This document shows, in pieces, positions 1 to 7,462 of a stretch of DNA of 32,000 nucleotides. Each line of letters begins with the position of its first letter. The stretch's first letter is position 1. Where the stretch lies: contig NZ_LN831039.1 of assembly GCF_001457595.1 (NCBI RefSeq), positions 6,300,001 through 6,332,000 on the forward strand, given 5' to 3'. The notes under the pieces are model-generated. The model had not been told where the DNA came from. It did no database searches and was given only the letters and a program-made list of their open reading frames with translations. Position numbers and translations under genes: made by a program. Origin of the DNA: Mycolicibacterium smegmatis (GTDB taxonomy: Bacteria > Actinomycetota > Actinomycetes > Mycobacteriales > Mycobacteriaceae).

Positions 1-468
1 GGCATGGATCTGAGCCCATCGGCGATCGCCGCAGCAAACCGCGCGGCCCAGGAGCGCAACCTCGCGACCGCGAGCTTCGTGCAGGGCGACATCACGTCGT
101 TCACCGGTTACGACGGCCGGTTCAGCACCGTCATCGACTCGACGCTTTTCCACTCCCTGCCCGTCGAGGGCCGCGAGGGATACCTGCAGTCCATCCACCG
201 GGCCTCGGCTCCCGGCGCGCGCTACTTCGTTCTCGTGTTCGCCAAGGGCGCGTTCCCCGCGGACCTCGAGGTCAAGCCCAACGAGGTGACCGAAGAAGAG
301 CTGCGGACCACGGTCGGCAAGTACTGGGTGGTCGACGACATCCGGCCCGCGTTCATCCACGCCAACGCCGTCGTCTTCCCCGACGCGCCAGAACTGCCGC
401 CCCACGGCTACGACGACAAGGGCCGCATCATGTTCCCGGCGTTCCTGTTGGAAGCGCACCGCGACTAG
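1..468 (+). CDS. Class I SAM-dependent methyltransferase, C-terminal part (5' end lies outside the window)
   Basis: The frame of ORF 4..468 is open to the window edge. The product has Rossmann-fold methyltransferase strands (FSTVIDSTLFHSL, ARYFVLVF). Codon third positions are GC-rich. Confidence 0.7.
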   Translation, partial: GMDLSPSAIAAANRAAQERNLATASFVQGDITSFTGYDGRFSTVIDSTLFHSLPVEGREGYLQSIHRASAPGARYFVLVFAKGAFPADLEVKPNEVTEEELRTTVGKYWVVDDIRPAFIHANAVVFPDAPELPPHGYDDKGRIMFPAFLLEAHRD

Positions 469-481
469 TTCGTCCCCCGGC

Positions 482-560
482 TCGACCGTGCACTGAGGGC
501 GAGATTTCGGCTGAGATCCCGCCCTCTTTGCACGCTCGATGTGCCTGAATGCACGCTCGA
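482..560. promoter_or_regulatory. Three copies of the 11-bp motif TGCACG(C/G)TCGA upstream of the mftM-like gene (candidate operator array)
   Basis: Direct copies lie at 529-539 and 550-560, exactly 21 bp apart. One inverted copy with a single mismatch lies at 482-492. Confidence 0.3.
497..524 (+). terminator. Candidate intrinsic terminator after the methyltransferase gene
   Basis: Imperfect hairpin GGGCGaGAT...ATCcCGCCC, with 497-501 pairing 520-524 and 503-505 pairing 516-518. It begins 29 nt after the stop codon and is followed by TCTTTG. Confidence 0.3.
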
Positions 561-673
561 CGCACAGACCCTCCCCTACCCGAACGGGCAGTGCCAACCC
601 CACCCGGCCGTCACTCGATTGCGACCATTCGGGGCGCGCGCTGACATGTTGCCGGCGAATAGCGTTCCGCTAC

Positions 674-1555
674 ATGGACGTTGCCGTTCTCGGTCCTGCG
701 CTTCTGGACCCGTTCGCGCCTGCGCCGCAGGGAATCTGGAGCGGCAATGGCGTGCGGGTGCAGAGGCGTCGCGGGCCGCATCGCGTGCACGCCGCGGTGT
801 GCACTCCACGGTTCTGCGCGCACCGCGAAGGCGACGCGTTGACGGTCGAGCACGATCTGACCCCTGACGAACTGTCCGACGAACTGGCAGTGCTGCTCAC
901 CGAGGAACTCGGCGCCACCGGCGTTCTGCACGGCCAACCGGATTTCGAGTCGGTGTTCACCGGCGTCGTGCGTTCCACCGTCGACGGTGGCATGCAGGCG
1001 TGGCTGCGGTTCTACCGGAACTCGCTGCACGCGCTGGAATCCGGCACCGCGGCGTTCGCCCCGATCCATCAGCACGCGACAGAACTGATCATCGGGCGAC
1101 GCGTGCTCGATCTCGGCTCGTGCTTCGGGTTCTTCCCGCTACGTCTGAGCCGCAACGGATTCGACGCCACGGCAACCGATCTGAGCGCACCGACCATGAA
1201 CCTGCTGGCGCGGGTGAGCCCGAAGCTGCACCGGCCGGTTCGCACCGTCACATGCGACGCCGCGGGGGTACCGCTGCCCGACGCGGTCGCCGACACCGTG
1301 ACCGCGCTGCACCTGCTGGAGCATCTGGACCCCGACGCCGGCGACGCCGTGCTCGCCGAGGCATTGCGCCTGGCACGGCGCCGCGTGATCGTCGCGGTGC
1401 CGTTCGAGGACGAACCCCAGGTCTGCTACGGGCACGTCCGCAGATTCGACACCGAAGCGCTTCAGCGCATCGCCGAGAAGATCACCCGCACGCACCCCGT
1501 CACCGCGTCGGTCGGCGAGCACCACGGCGGCTGGCTGGTACTGGACCGTTACTAG
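674..1555 (+). CDS. mftM: SAM-dependent methyltransferase resembling mycofactocin oligosaccharide methyltransferase MftM
   Basis: ORF 539..1555. The first ATG after the repeat region is at 674. SAM motif I is RVLDLGSCFGFF, followed by LHLLEHL and VIVAVPFE. Its position next to the mno/mnoSR locus matches my memory of MSMEG_6237. The start codon is uncertain. Confidence 0.55.
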   Translation: MDVAVLGPALLDPFAPAPQGIWSGNGVRVQRRRGPHRVHAAVCTPRFCAHREGDALTVEHDLTPDELSDELAVLLTEELGATGVLHGQPDFESVFTGVVRSTVDGGMQAWLRFYRNSLHALESGTAAFAPIHQHATELIIGRRVLDLGSCFGFFPLRLSRNGFDATATDLSAPTMNLLARVSPKLHRPVRTVTCDAAGVPLPDAVADTVTALHLLEHLDPDAGDAVLAEALRLARRRVIVAVPFEDEPQVCYGHVRRFDTEALQRIAEKITRTHPVTASVGEHHGGWLVLDRY

Positions 1556-2202
1556 ATCAACCCGCGCTTGCTCGCCGCGTACACGGCCTCGGCTCGGCGG
1601 CTCACGTCGAGCTTGCGCATGATGTTGCTGACGTGAAACTTCGCGGTGGTCGCGGAGATGAACAGCTTTTCGCCGATCTTGTTGTTGGACAACCCGGCTG
1701 CCAGCAGTCGCAGCACCTCGATCTCGCGGTCGGTGAGCTGCTCGCGGGGTTCGGTGCGCCCGCTCAGCGACCGCACGACGGCCGCGGCGCTGCGGGAGTC
1801 GAAGGCACTGTCACCGGAGGAGATCGCGCGGATCGCCCGCACCAGTTCGGTCGTGTCGACATCTTTGACGACGCAGCCGCGGGCGCCGGCGTGCACGGCG
1901 CGCACCACGAGGTCCTCATCGAGGAACGTGGTGAGCACCAGCAGGCCGAGGTTGGGATGGGCCGCGGAGAGCTTGGCGCACAACGACAGACCCTCGAAGT
2001 CCGATCCGGCCGAGAGTTTGAGGTCCAGCAGCACCACGTCGGGTTCGACCGCGGCGACCATGGCCTCGGCCTCTGCCTCGCTGGACGCCTCCCCGACCAC
2101 CACCAGATCGTCCTCACGTTCCAGCAGCGAGCGCAGGCCCTGCCGCAGGATGGCGTGGTCGTCGACCAGTGCCAGCCTGATCTCGCGCGTCGTGACGGTC
2201 AT
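1552..2202 (-). CDS. mnoR: NarL/LuxR-family two-component response regulator (receiver plus HTH_LuxR)
   Basis: 216-aa product. Receiver motifs are LVDDH and VVLLDLKL. The C-terminal LuxR HTH reads LTDREIEVLRLLAAGLSNNKIGEKLFISATTAKFHVSNIMRKL. Its ATG overlaps the kinase stop codon (ATGA at 2199-2202). The symbol comes from remembered M. smegmatis MnoSR literature. Confidence 0.85.
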   Translation of the reverse strand: MTVTTREIRLALVDDHAILRQGLRSLLEREDDLVVVGEASSEAEAEAMVAAVEPDVVLLDLKLSAGSDFEGLSLCAKLSAAHPNLGLLVLTTFLDEDLVVRAVHAGARGCVVKDVDTTELVRAIRAISSGDSAFDSRSAAAVVRSLSGRTEPREQLTDREIEVLRLLAAGLSNNKIGEKLFISATTAKFHVSNIMRKLDVSRRAEAVYAASKRGLI

Positions 2203-3551
2203 CGTCTGTTCCCTTCGGTCCTGGGGATGGTCGCGACCACGCGGACACCGCCGATGCGGGACCGCTGAACCGCGAAGGTACCGCCGTGCTCGCGGCAGCG
2301 GGCCAGCATGTTGGCCAGCCCGCGGTGATGCCCGTCGACGTCGGTGGCGTCGGCCATCCGCAGCGCCATGCGCAGCTTGGCCGGGTCCCCGGTGCCGTCG
2401 TCGGAGATGGACAGCGACACGGCCGTCGGACGGTAGCGCAACCGCACGATCGCGCGGGTCGCGTTGCCGTGCATGGCGGTGTTGAACAGCGCCTCGCCGG
2501 CCACCCGCAGCAGCGCGTGCTCGACCTCGCTGGGCAGTTCGGCCACGGCGCCTTCGACTTTCAGGCTCACCCGCAGATCCTCGGGCATGTGCACGGTCGC
2601 AAGCTGTTCGAGCAGTTCGGGCAGCGTGGAACGCCCGGCGTCCTCGGGATGGTTGAGCGCGTAGATCGCCGACCGCAGTTGTTCACTCGCCGAACGGGTG
2701 AGTGTCTTGGCGGTGTCGAGGCGGTCGACCAGATCCTGCGTGCCGGGTAGCGCCATGGCCTCGCTGCGGCACACCTCGATCTGCATACCGGCCGAGAGTA
2801 CGGTCTGGCTCACGCTGTCGTGCAGTTCACGCGCGATGCGGTGGCGCTCGTTGTCGAGTACCTGATGGCGTTGCGCCGCACCGAGTTCCCGTTGTGTGGC
2901 CAGCAGTTCGGCGTTGCGTGCCTCGGACTGCGCCAGAAGTGCCTGAGACCGCTGGAACAGCGCGCAGTTCTGCAACGCAACCGCGGTCTGGCTCGACAGG
3001 ATCCGCATGACGGTCTCGTCGGTGTCGTCCAGCGTGCGGTGCACCGGGGTCCAAGCCGCGAACGCGCCGATCACGCCGCCGTTGAGTTCGATCGGCACGT
3101 GCGCGTGGTGGGGTTCGATCACCGGGTACCGGAACTGCGCCAGGTGCCCCCGCAGAATGTCGTTGAGACGGTTGAGCACCGCGTCCGGCAGGTGGTCGGG
3201 GACCTCGGCACCCGACACCCCGTCGTACGAATAGGCGTGCCCGTCGGCATCGAGGATGAGGTGACGCGGCAGGGCCTCCTGCAGGGCACCGTCGGCGAGC
3301 GCCAAAAGCACCCACTCGGCGTCGAGGTGGGTGCGGGCCGCTTCGGCCACGGCCCGCACGAGTTTCGGTGGGCCGTTGACGGTTTGGACCAGCGCGCGTG
3401 AGATCGCCTCGAGCGCGGCGAGGACACGTTCGGTGCGCTGAGCAGCGACACGGAATTCGGGGTAGAACGTGCTCTTTCCGGATCGGACGCCGGTGAGCCG
3501 TTCCAGATCCGGTGCCGCCACCCGATGCCCGAATCCGGGTGCCGCGGTCAT
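2199..3551 (-). CDS. mnoS: Cytoplasmic GAF-domain sensor histidine kinase (HisKA_3 plus HATPase_c)
   Basis: The internal ATG at 3551 gives 450 aa (MTAAPGFGH...). The H-box is ERHRIARELHDSVSQTV and an ATPase domain follows (NTAMHG..., DDGTG). I saw no TM segment. The ATG overlaps the stop codon of the upstream ADH (ATGA at 3548-3551). The 648-aa ORF in the track is an artefactual upstream extension. Confidence 0.85.
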   Translation of the reverse strand: MTAAPGFGHRVAAPDLERLTGVRSGKSTFYPEFRVAAQRTERVLAALEAISRALVQTVNGPPKLVRAVAEAARTHLDAEWVLLALADGALQEALPRHLILDADGHAYSYDGVSGAEVPDHLPDAVLNRLNDILRGHLAQFRYPVIEPHHAHVPIELNGGVIGAFAAWTPVHRTLDDTDETVMRILSSQTAVALQNCALFQRSQALLAQSEARNAELLATQRELGAAQRHQVLDNERHRIARELHDSVSQTVLSAGMQIEVCRSEAMALPGTQDLVDRLDTAKTLTRSASEQLRSAIYALNHPEDAGRSTLPELLEQLATVHMPEDLRVSLKVEGAVAELPSEVEHALLRVAGEALFNTAMHGNATRAIVRLRYRPTAVSLSISDDGTGDPAKLRMALRMADATDVDGHHRGLANMLARCREHGGTFAVQRSRIGGVRVVATIPRTEGNRR

Positions 3552-4759
3552 AGCGCGGTCCGGAACAACGCGCACAGACCGGCCTCGTCGACCGGACGGG
3601 GATTGGTGGTGATGCACGCGTCGGCCATCGCGTTGCGGGCGAGCACCGGGACGTCCTCGGCGCGCACACCCAGATCCGCCAGGCCACGCGGCACACCCAC
3701 CCGACGTGCCAGCTCCTGCAACCGATCCGCAAGGGCCAGAGCCGATTCCAGTTCGGGTGCGCGCTTGTCGGCGATACCGAGGTACGACGCGATGGTGGCG
3801 AACGGAGCCGGGTCGGCCTCGGCGTTGAACCGCACGACGTGGGGCAGCAGCACACCGTTGATGACGCCGTGCGGCAGGTCGAGCAGGCCCCCGACCTGAT
3901 GGCTCATGGCATGCGCCGCACCGAGGATCGCGTTTGTGAACGCCAGGCCCGCCTCCAGCGCGGCCTGGGCCATGAGCACGCGGGCCGGCATCTCCTTGGG
4001 CCGTTCGATGGTGGTGACCAGGTTCTCGGTCACCATCACCACCGAGCGCAACGCGTGATGGTCGGTCAACTGGTTGTGCCCCAGCGACACGAACGCTTCG
4101 ATGCCGTGCGTCAGCGCATCCAAACCGGTTGCCGCGTTGAGCCATTCGGGCATGGTGGTGAGCAGGCGCGGATCGATGACGGTAAGGTCGGGCACCAGCG
4201 CGCGGCCCAGGATGGTGATCTTGGTGTTGCGGGTGGTGTCGGTGACGATGCAGAACTGCGAGACGTCGGCGCCGGTGCCCGAGGTCGACGGCAGCACCAC
4301 GAGCGGTGGGATCGGCATGGTGGCCTTGTCCACGCCGGCGTAGTCGAGGATGTCACCGCCGTTGGCGGACAGGATCGCGATACCTTTCGCGGCGTCGATC
4401 ACCGATCCGCCACCCAGCGCGATCAGCACGTCGCACCCGTGGGCCCGGTAGAACTCGTGGCCCGCGGTGATCTCGTGGTCCTTCGGGTTGGGCGTGATGG
4501 CGCTCCAGACCTGTGGAGTCACGCACTGCTCCCGCAGATGCCCCAACAGTTCGTCGACCCATCCGGCCTCGATCAGCCCCGGGTCGGTGACCAGCAGTGG
4601 ACGCAAGCCACCCAGGCGCACCGCGGCGTGCGCGGCCTCGGCCATCGAATCGATGCCGAACACGATTTCGGGGGCGTGAAACTTGAGCAGCCGGGTCGGC
4701 ATCGGATCCGGCATGGCCCTCGGCACCGCGATCGGCGCGGACTCCACCTGCGTTATCAC
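3548..4759 (-). CDS. Iron-containing (group III) alcohol dehydrogenase
   Basis: 403-aa product with the GGGSVIDAAK nucleotide loop and metal-binding His motifs (ALTHGIEAF, GAAHAMSHQVG). It starts with GTG at 4759, preceded by GGGGTGGTGAG. Confidence 0.85.
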   Translation of the reverse strand: MITQVESAPIAVPRAMPDPMPTRLLKFHAPEIVFGIDSMAEAAHAAVRLGGLRPLLVTDPGLIEAGWVDELLGHLREQCVTPQVWSAITPNPKDHEITAGHEFYRAHGCDVLIALGGGSVIDAAKGIAILSANGGDILDYAGVDKATMPIPPLVVLPSTSGTGADVSQFCIVTDTTRNTKITILGRALVPDLTVIDPRLLTTMPEWLNAATGLDALTHGIEAFVSLGHNQLTDHHALRSVVMVTENLVTTIERPKEMPARVLMAQAALEAGLAFTNAILGAAHAMSHQVGGLLDLPHGVINGVLLPHVVRFNAEADPAPFATIASYLGIADKRAPELESALALADRLQELARRVGVPRGLADLGVRAEDVPVLARNAMADACITTNPRPVDEAGLCALFRTAL

Positions 4760-4843
4760 CTCACCACCCCGTCGTGTGATCCACCTAACAAACCACCATA
4801 CGTCGCCGACGGGTGGCTCCCAATGTGCAGGTGGGCAGGCCGT

Positions 4844-4865
4844 TACCTACCCGATCGGGTAGGTA
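4844..4865. repeat. Perfect 22-bp palindrome TACCTACCCGATCGGGTAGGTA between the VWA gene stop and the ADH start (terminator hairpin or operator)
   Basis: Read directly from the sequence: 9-bp arms around a GATC centre. It lies 18 nt downstream of the VWA stop codon (4883-4885) and 85 nt upstream of the ADH GTG. Confidence 0.6.
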
Positions 4866-4882
4866 CAAGATCACATCCGAGA

Positions 4883-6376
4883 TCAGGAGAGCGCGTGCGC
4901 GAGCTCTCCCGCCCGGGCGATGAGCTGCTCGGCATCGCGCGCGACGACGACCTTGTCGCACACCTCGGCGTAGTCCGGCATGGCGCACGTGGCCTGCCGC
5001 CAGTACCGGGTGGGTTCCGGGGTGATCCAGGCGAGCCGGTGTACGCGTCGCCGCAGCGCACGCAGGCTCTCGGTGCGAGCCGGCAGGCCCGGGCTGCGAC
5101 CGTCGCCGACGATCAGCACGGCCGTGCGCGAATCGAGTGCGTCGGCCTGCGCGGACAGCATCTCGTCGAATACCTGCCCGTAGTCGCTGCTGGCCTCCAG
5201 ATCGATCTGGGCCTCGGCCAGCACCGCGGCGAGCGCATCGTCCCCACCGGTCTGCAGCAGAATCTCGGTGACGTCGACGGGACGGTCCACGAACGCCATC
5301 ACCCGGCATCGGTGCGCCCGCCGGTGCATGGCCTGTGCCAGCCGCAGCGTGAACGCGGTGACCGGACGCACCGACAGCGAGACGTCGGCGATGACCAGCA
5401 GGCGCACCCGATCTGGCCGCGGGGTGCGGGTGATGAGCCGGAACGGCACGCCGTCGGTGCGCAGAGAGTGCCGCGTGGTGCGACGCATGTCGAGGCGGCC
5501 CCGCATCTCGGCGGGCCGGGGCCGCGGTGCCCCGCGCATGCGGCGCAGCACCTCGTGGCAGGCGAGGTCGACGTCGGTGGCCACCGTTGCGTCGGTGGGG
5601 CCGGCCGGGGTGTCCGGTTCGGCGGTCAGCCCGCACCGGTCGGCCAGTGCCGCGACGAAGCTCTCGACGGCCTGTGTCAGCTGGTCGAGTTGTTCGGCGG
5701 TCAACGGTTGGTCTCCCGCGTCGTCGCCGTAGGTGCGGGCCGGGTCGTAGGCGTCGAGCCAGGCCAGGATGGACTCCGGATCGTCCCAGTGCAGTGCGCC
5801 CGCCACCACGGGAGCCACCGAGTCGGCGAGGGCGCCGGCCAGGCTCGCCGCGGCGCGGTCCACCTCGACGGTGTAGCGCACGCCGCGACGGCCCGCGTCG
5901 CTCTCGGCCGACACCGACAGCTGGTTGTCGGCGCCAGACACGCTGAAGTCGTCGTCGTCCTTGTGCGGGTTGAACCCCTTGTCGGCGTCCGGGGTGTCGA
6001 AATGGTCGCCGACCTCGGCCGCGCGTTCGTTGTACTCGGCGTAACGCCCGATCTCCTGGTCCTCGTCGATCTCGAGGTGGTCGGGCAGACCCGAGCCGGT
6101 GTGGGCACGGCTCGGGTCTGCCACGTCGTGTTCGGTGACGATCGACGCGACGCCGAACATCGCGTCGAAGGCGCGGTCGAAACCACGTTGTTCACGAACG
6201 TATTTCGCGCACGTCGCGCGTAACGCGGCCCGCAGCGCCTCCTGGTCACGTGCCCCGAGCAGTCCGAGCACGCGCCGCACCTCGATCACCTCGGCCGGCG
6301 AGGTCGCGACGCCGGCGCGGCGCAACAACTCGCCGAACGCGGCGGCGACGAGGTCGAGGATCTTCGACGGTGTCAC
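4883..6376 (-). CDS. CoxE-like VWA-domain protein (partner of the MoxR ATPase)
   Basis: 497 aa. The N-terminus (LLRRAGVATSPAEVIEVRRVL) is typical of VWA_CoxE proteins. An acidic linker follows. The C-terminal VWA domain carries the MIDAS motif DVSLS. Its GTG start overlaps the moxR stop codon (GTGA at 6373-6376). Confidence 0.8.
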   Translation of the reverse strand: MTPSKILDLVAAAFGELLRRAGVATSPAEVIEVRRVLGLLGARDQEALRAALRATCAKYVREQRGFDRAFDAMFGVASIVTEHDVADPSRAHTGSGLPDHLEIDEDQEIGRYAEYNERAAEVGDHFDTPDADKGFNPHKDDDDFSVSGADNQLSVSAESDAGRRGVRYTVEVDRAAASLAGALADSVAPVVAGALHWDDPESILAWLDAYDPARTYGDDAGDQPLTAEQLDQLTQAVESFVAALADRCGLTAEPDTPAGPTDATVATDVDLACHEVLRRMRGAPRPRPAEMRGRLDMRRTTRHSLRTDGVPFRLITRTPRPDRVRLLVIADVSLSVRPVTAFTLRLAQAMHRRAHRCRVMAFVDRPVDVTEILLQTGGDDALAAVLAEAQIDLEASSDYGQVFDEMLSAQADALDSRTAVLIVGDGRSPGLPARTESLRALRRRVHRLAWITPEPTRYWRQATCAMPDYAEVCDKVVVARDAEQLIARAGELAHALS

Positions 6377-7431
6377 CGCCGGCCACCACCGCGCCCGCGG
6401 AACACCGCGGTGGTCGTGTTGGCCGGACGCGACGCCACCGTGGCCGGTTCTGCCGGCTTCGACGGCTCGACCGGTTGCGCCCCAACGCCACTCAGATTGT
6501 CACTCAGACCGCCACCCAGATGACGCAACGCGATCTCGCGGTCGCTGGTGAACTTCACCAGCGTCGAGAGCAGCAGCGGATGCGACGCCTCGGTGCCCAG
6601 CAGCGCCGCGGCACGCGCCCCGTCCACCACCTCCGAGATCGACGGGCTCTTGCGCAGCGGCAGTTCGCGCAGGGTGCGGGCCAGTTCGACGACGTCGGCG
6701 ACCACCGACGGTTCGACGTGCGGTGCCCGCACCCCGACGATCTCCCGTTCCCGTTGCGGCGTCGGGAATCCCAGGTGGTAGTGCAGGCACCGGCGCTTGA
6801 GCGCCGACGACAGTTCGCGAGTGTCGTTGGAGGTCAACACCACCCACGGCACCGTGCGGGCTTTGAAGGTGCCGATTTCAGGGATGGTCACCTGCCGCTC
6901 GGCGAGGATCTCCAGCAGCAGGGCCTCCATGGCCTCCTCGGTGCGGTCGACCTCGTCGATCAGCAGCACGACCGGTTCCTCGGACAGCACCGCGTCCAGC
7001 AGCGGACGTACCGACAGGAACGCCTCGGAGTACAGCCCGAAGTCACGTCCCGCCAGATAGCGCGACGCCTCGTCGATGTCCTCGATCCCATTGGTGGCAG
7101 CCGTGATCCGGTCACGCAGCATCTGCACATGCAGCAGTTGCTTGGCGTAGTCCCATTCGTAGAGCACCCGATTGTCGTCGAGACCCTCGTAGCACTGCAG
7201 GCGGATCAGCCGCCGCCCACCGGCCGCGGCGAGCGCCTTGGCCAGTTCGGTCTTGCCGACGCCGGCCGGCCCTTCCAGCAGCAGGGGCCGGTCCAGCGCG
7301 GTGGCCAGATGCACCACGGTGGCAAGGTCGGTGTCGGCGATGTAGTCCTGCTCGCGCAGCGCGGCGGAGAGTTCCGCCGCGCTGCCGAACATGATGGGCT
7401 CATCGCGAACAGGGATGGTCGCGGTGGTCAC
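6373..7431 (-). CDS. MoxR-family AAA+ ATPase
   Basis: 352 aa. Walker A is GPAGVGKT and Walker B is VLLIDEVDR. The GTG start at 7431 is preceded by GGGAGG. It lies 31 nt downstream of the mno stop codon. Confidence 0.9.
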   Translation of the reverse strand: MTTATIPVRDEPIMFGSAAELSAALREQDYIADTDLATVVHLATALDRPLLLEGPAGVGKTELAKALAAAGGRRLIRLQCYEGLDDNRVLYEWDYAKQLLHVQMLRDRITAATNGIEDIDEASRYLAGRDFGLYSEAFLSVRPLLDAVLSEEPVVLLIDEVDRTEEAMEALLLEILAERQVTIPEIGTFKARTVPWVVLTSNDTRELSSALKRRCLHYHLGFPTPQREREIVGVRAPHVEPSVVADVVELARTLRELPLRKSPSISEVVDGARAAALLGTEASHPLLLSTLVKFTSDREIALRHLGGGLSDNLSGVGAQPVEPSKPAEPATVASRPANTTTAVFRGRGGGRR

Positions 7432-7462
7432 ATGGCCTCCCGGTTGCGAATCAGATGCTGAA

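Noticed and set aside
3552-4145. N-terminal 198-aa extension of the histidine-kinase ORF
   Set aside because: It overlaps the ADH coding frame and is Arg/Gly/Pro-rich. The ATG at 3551 forms a clean ATGA junction with the ADH stop codon.
3839-6223. 794-aa ORF on the plus strand spanning the ADH and VWA genes
   Set aside because: It is antisense to two well-supported genes. The product is an Arg/Gly/His/Val-rich low-complexity string with no motifs. Long antisense ORFs like this are expected in 68% GC DNA. The same applies to 1000..2268, 6250..7461, 10854..11939, 12282..13486, 13483..14316, 27166..28461, 27938..29680 and 30408..31676.
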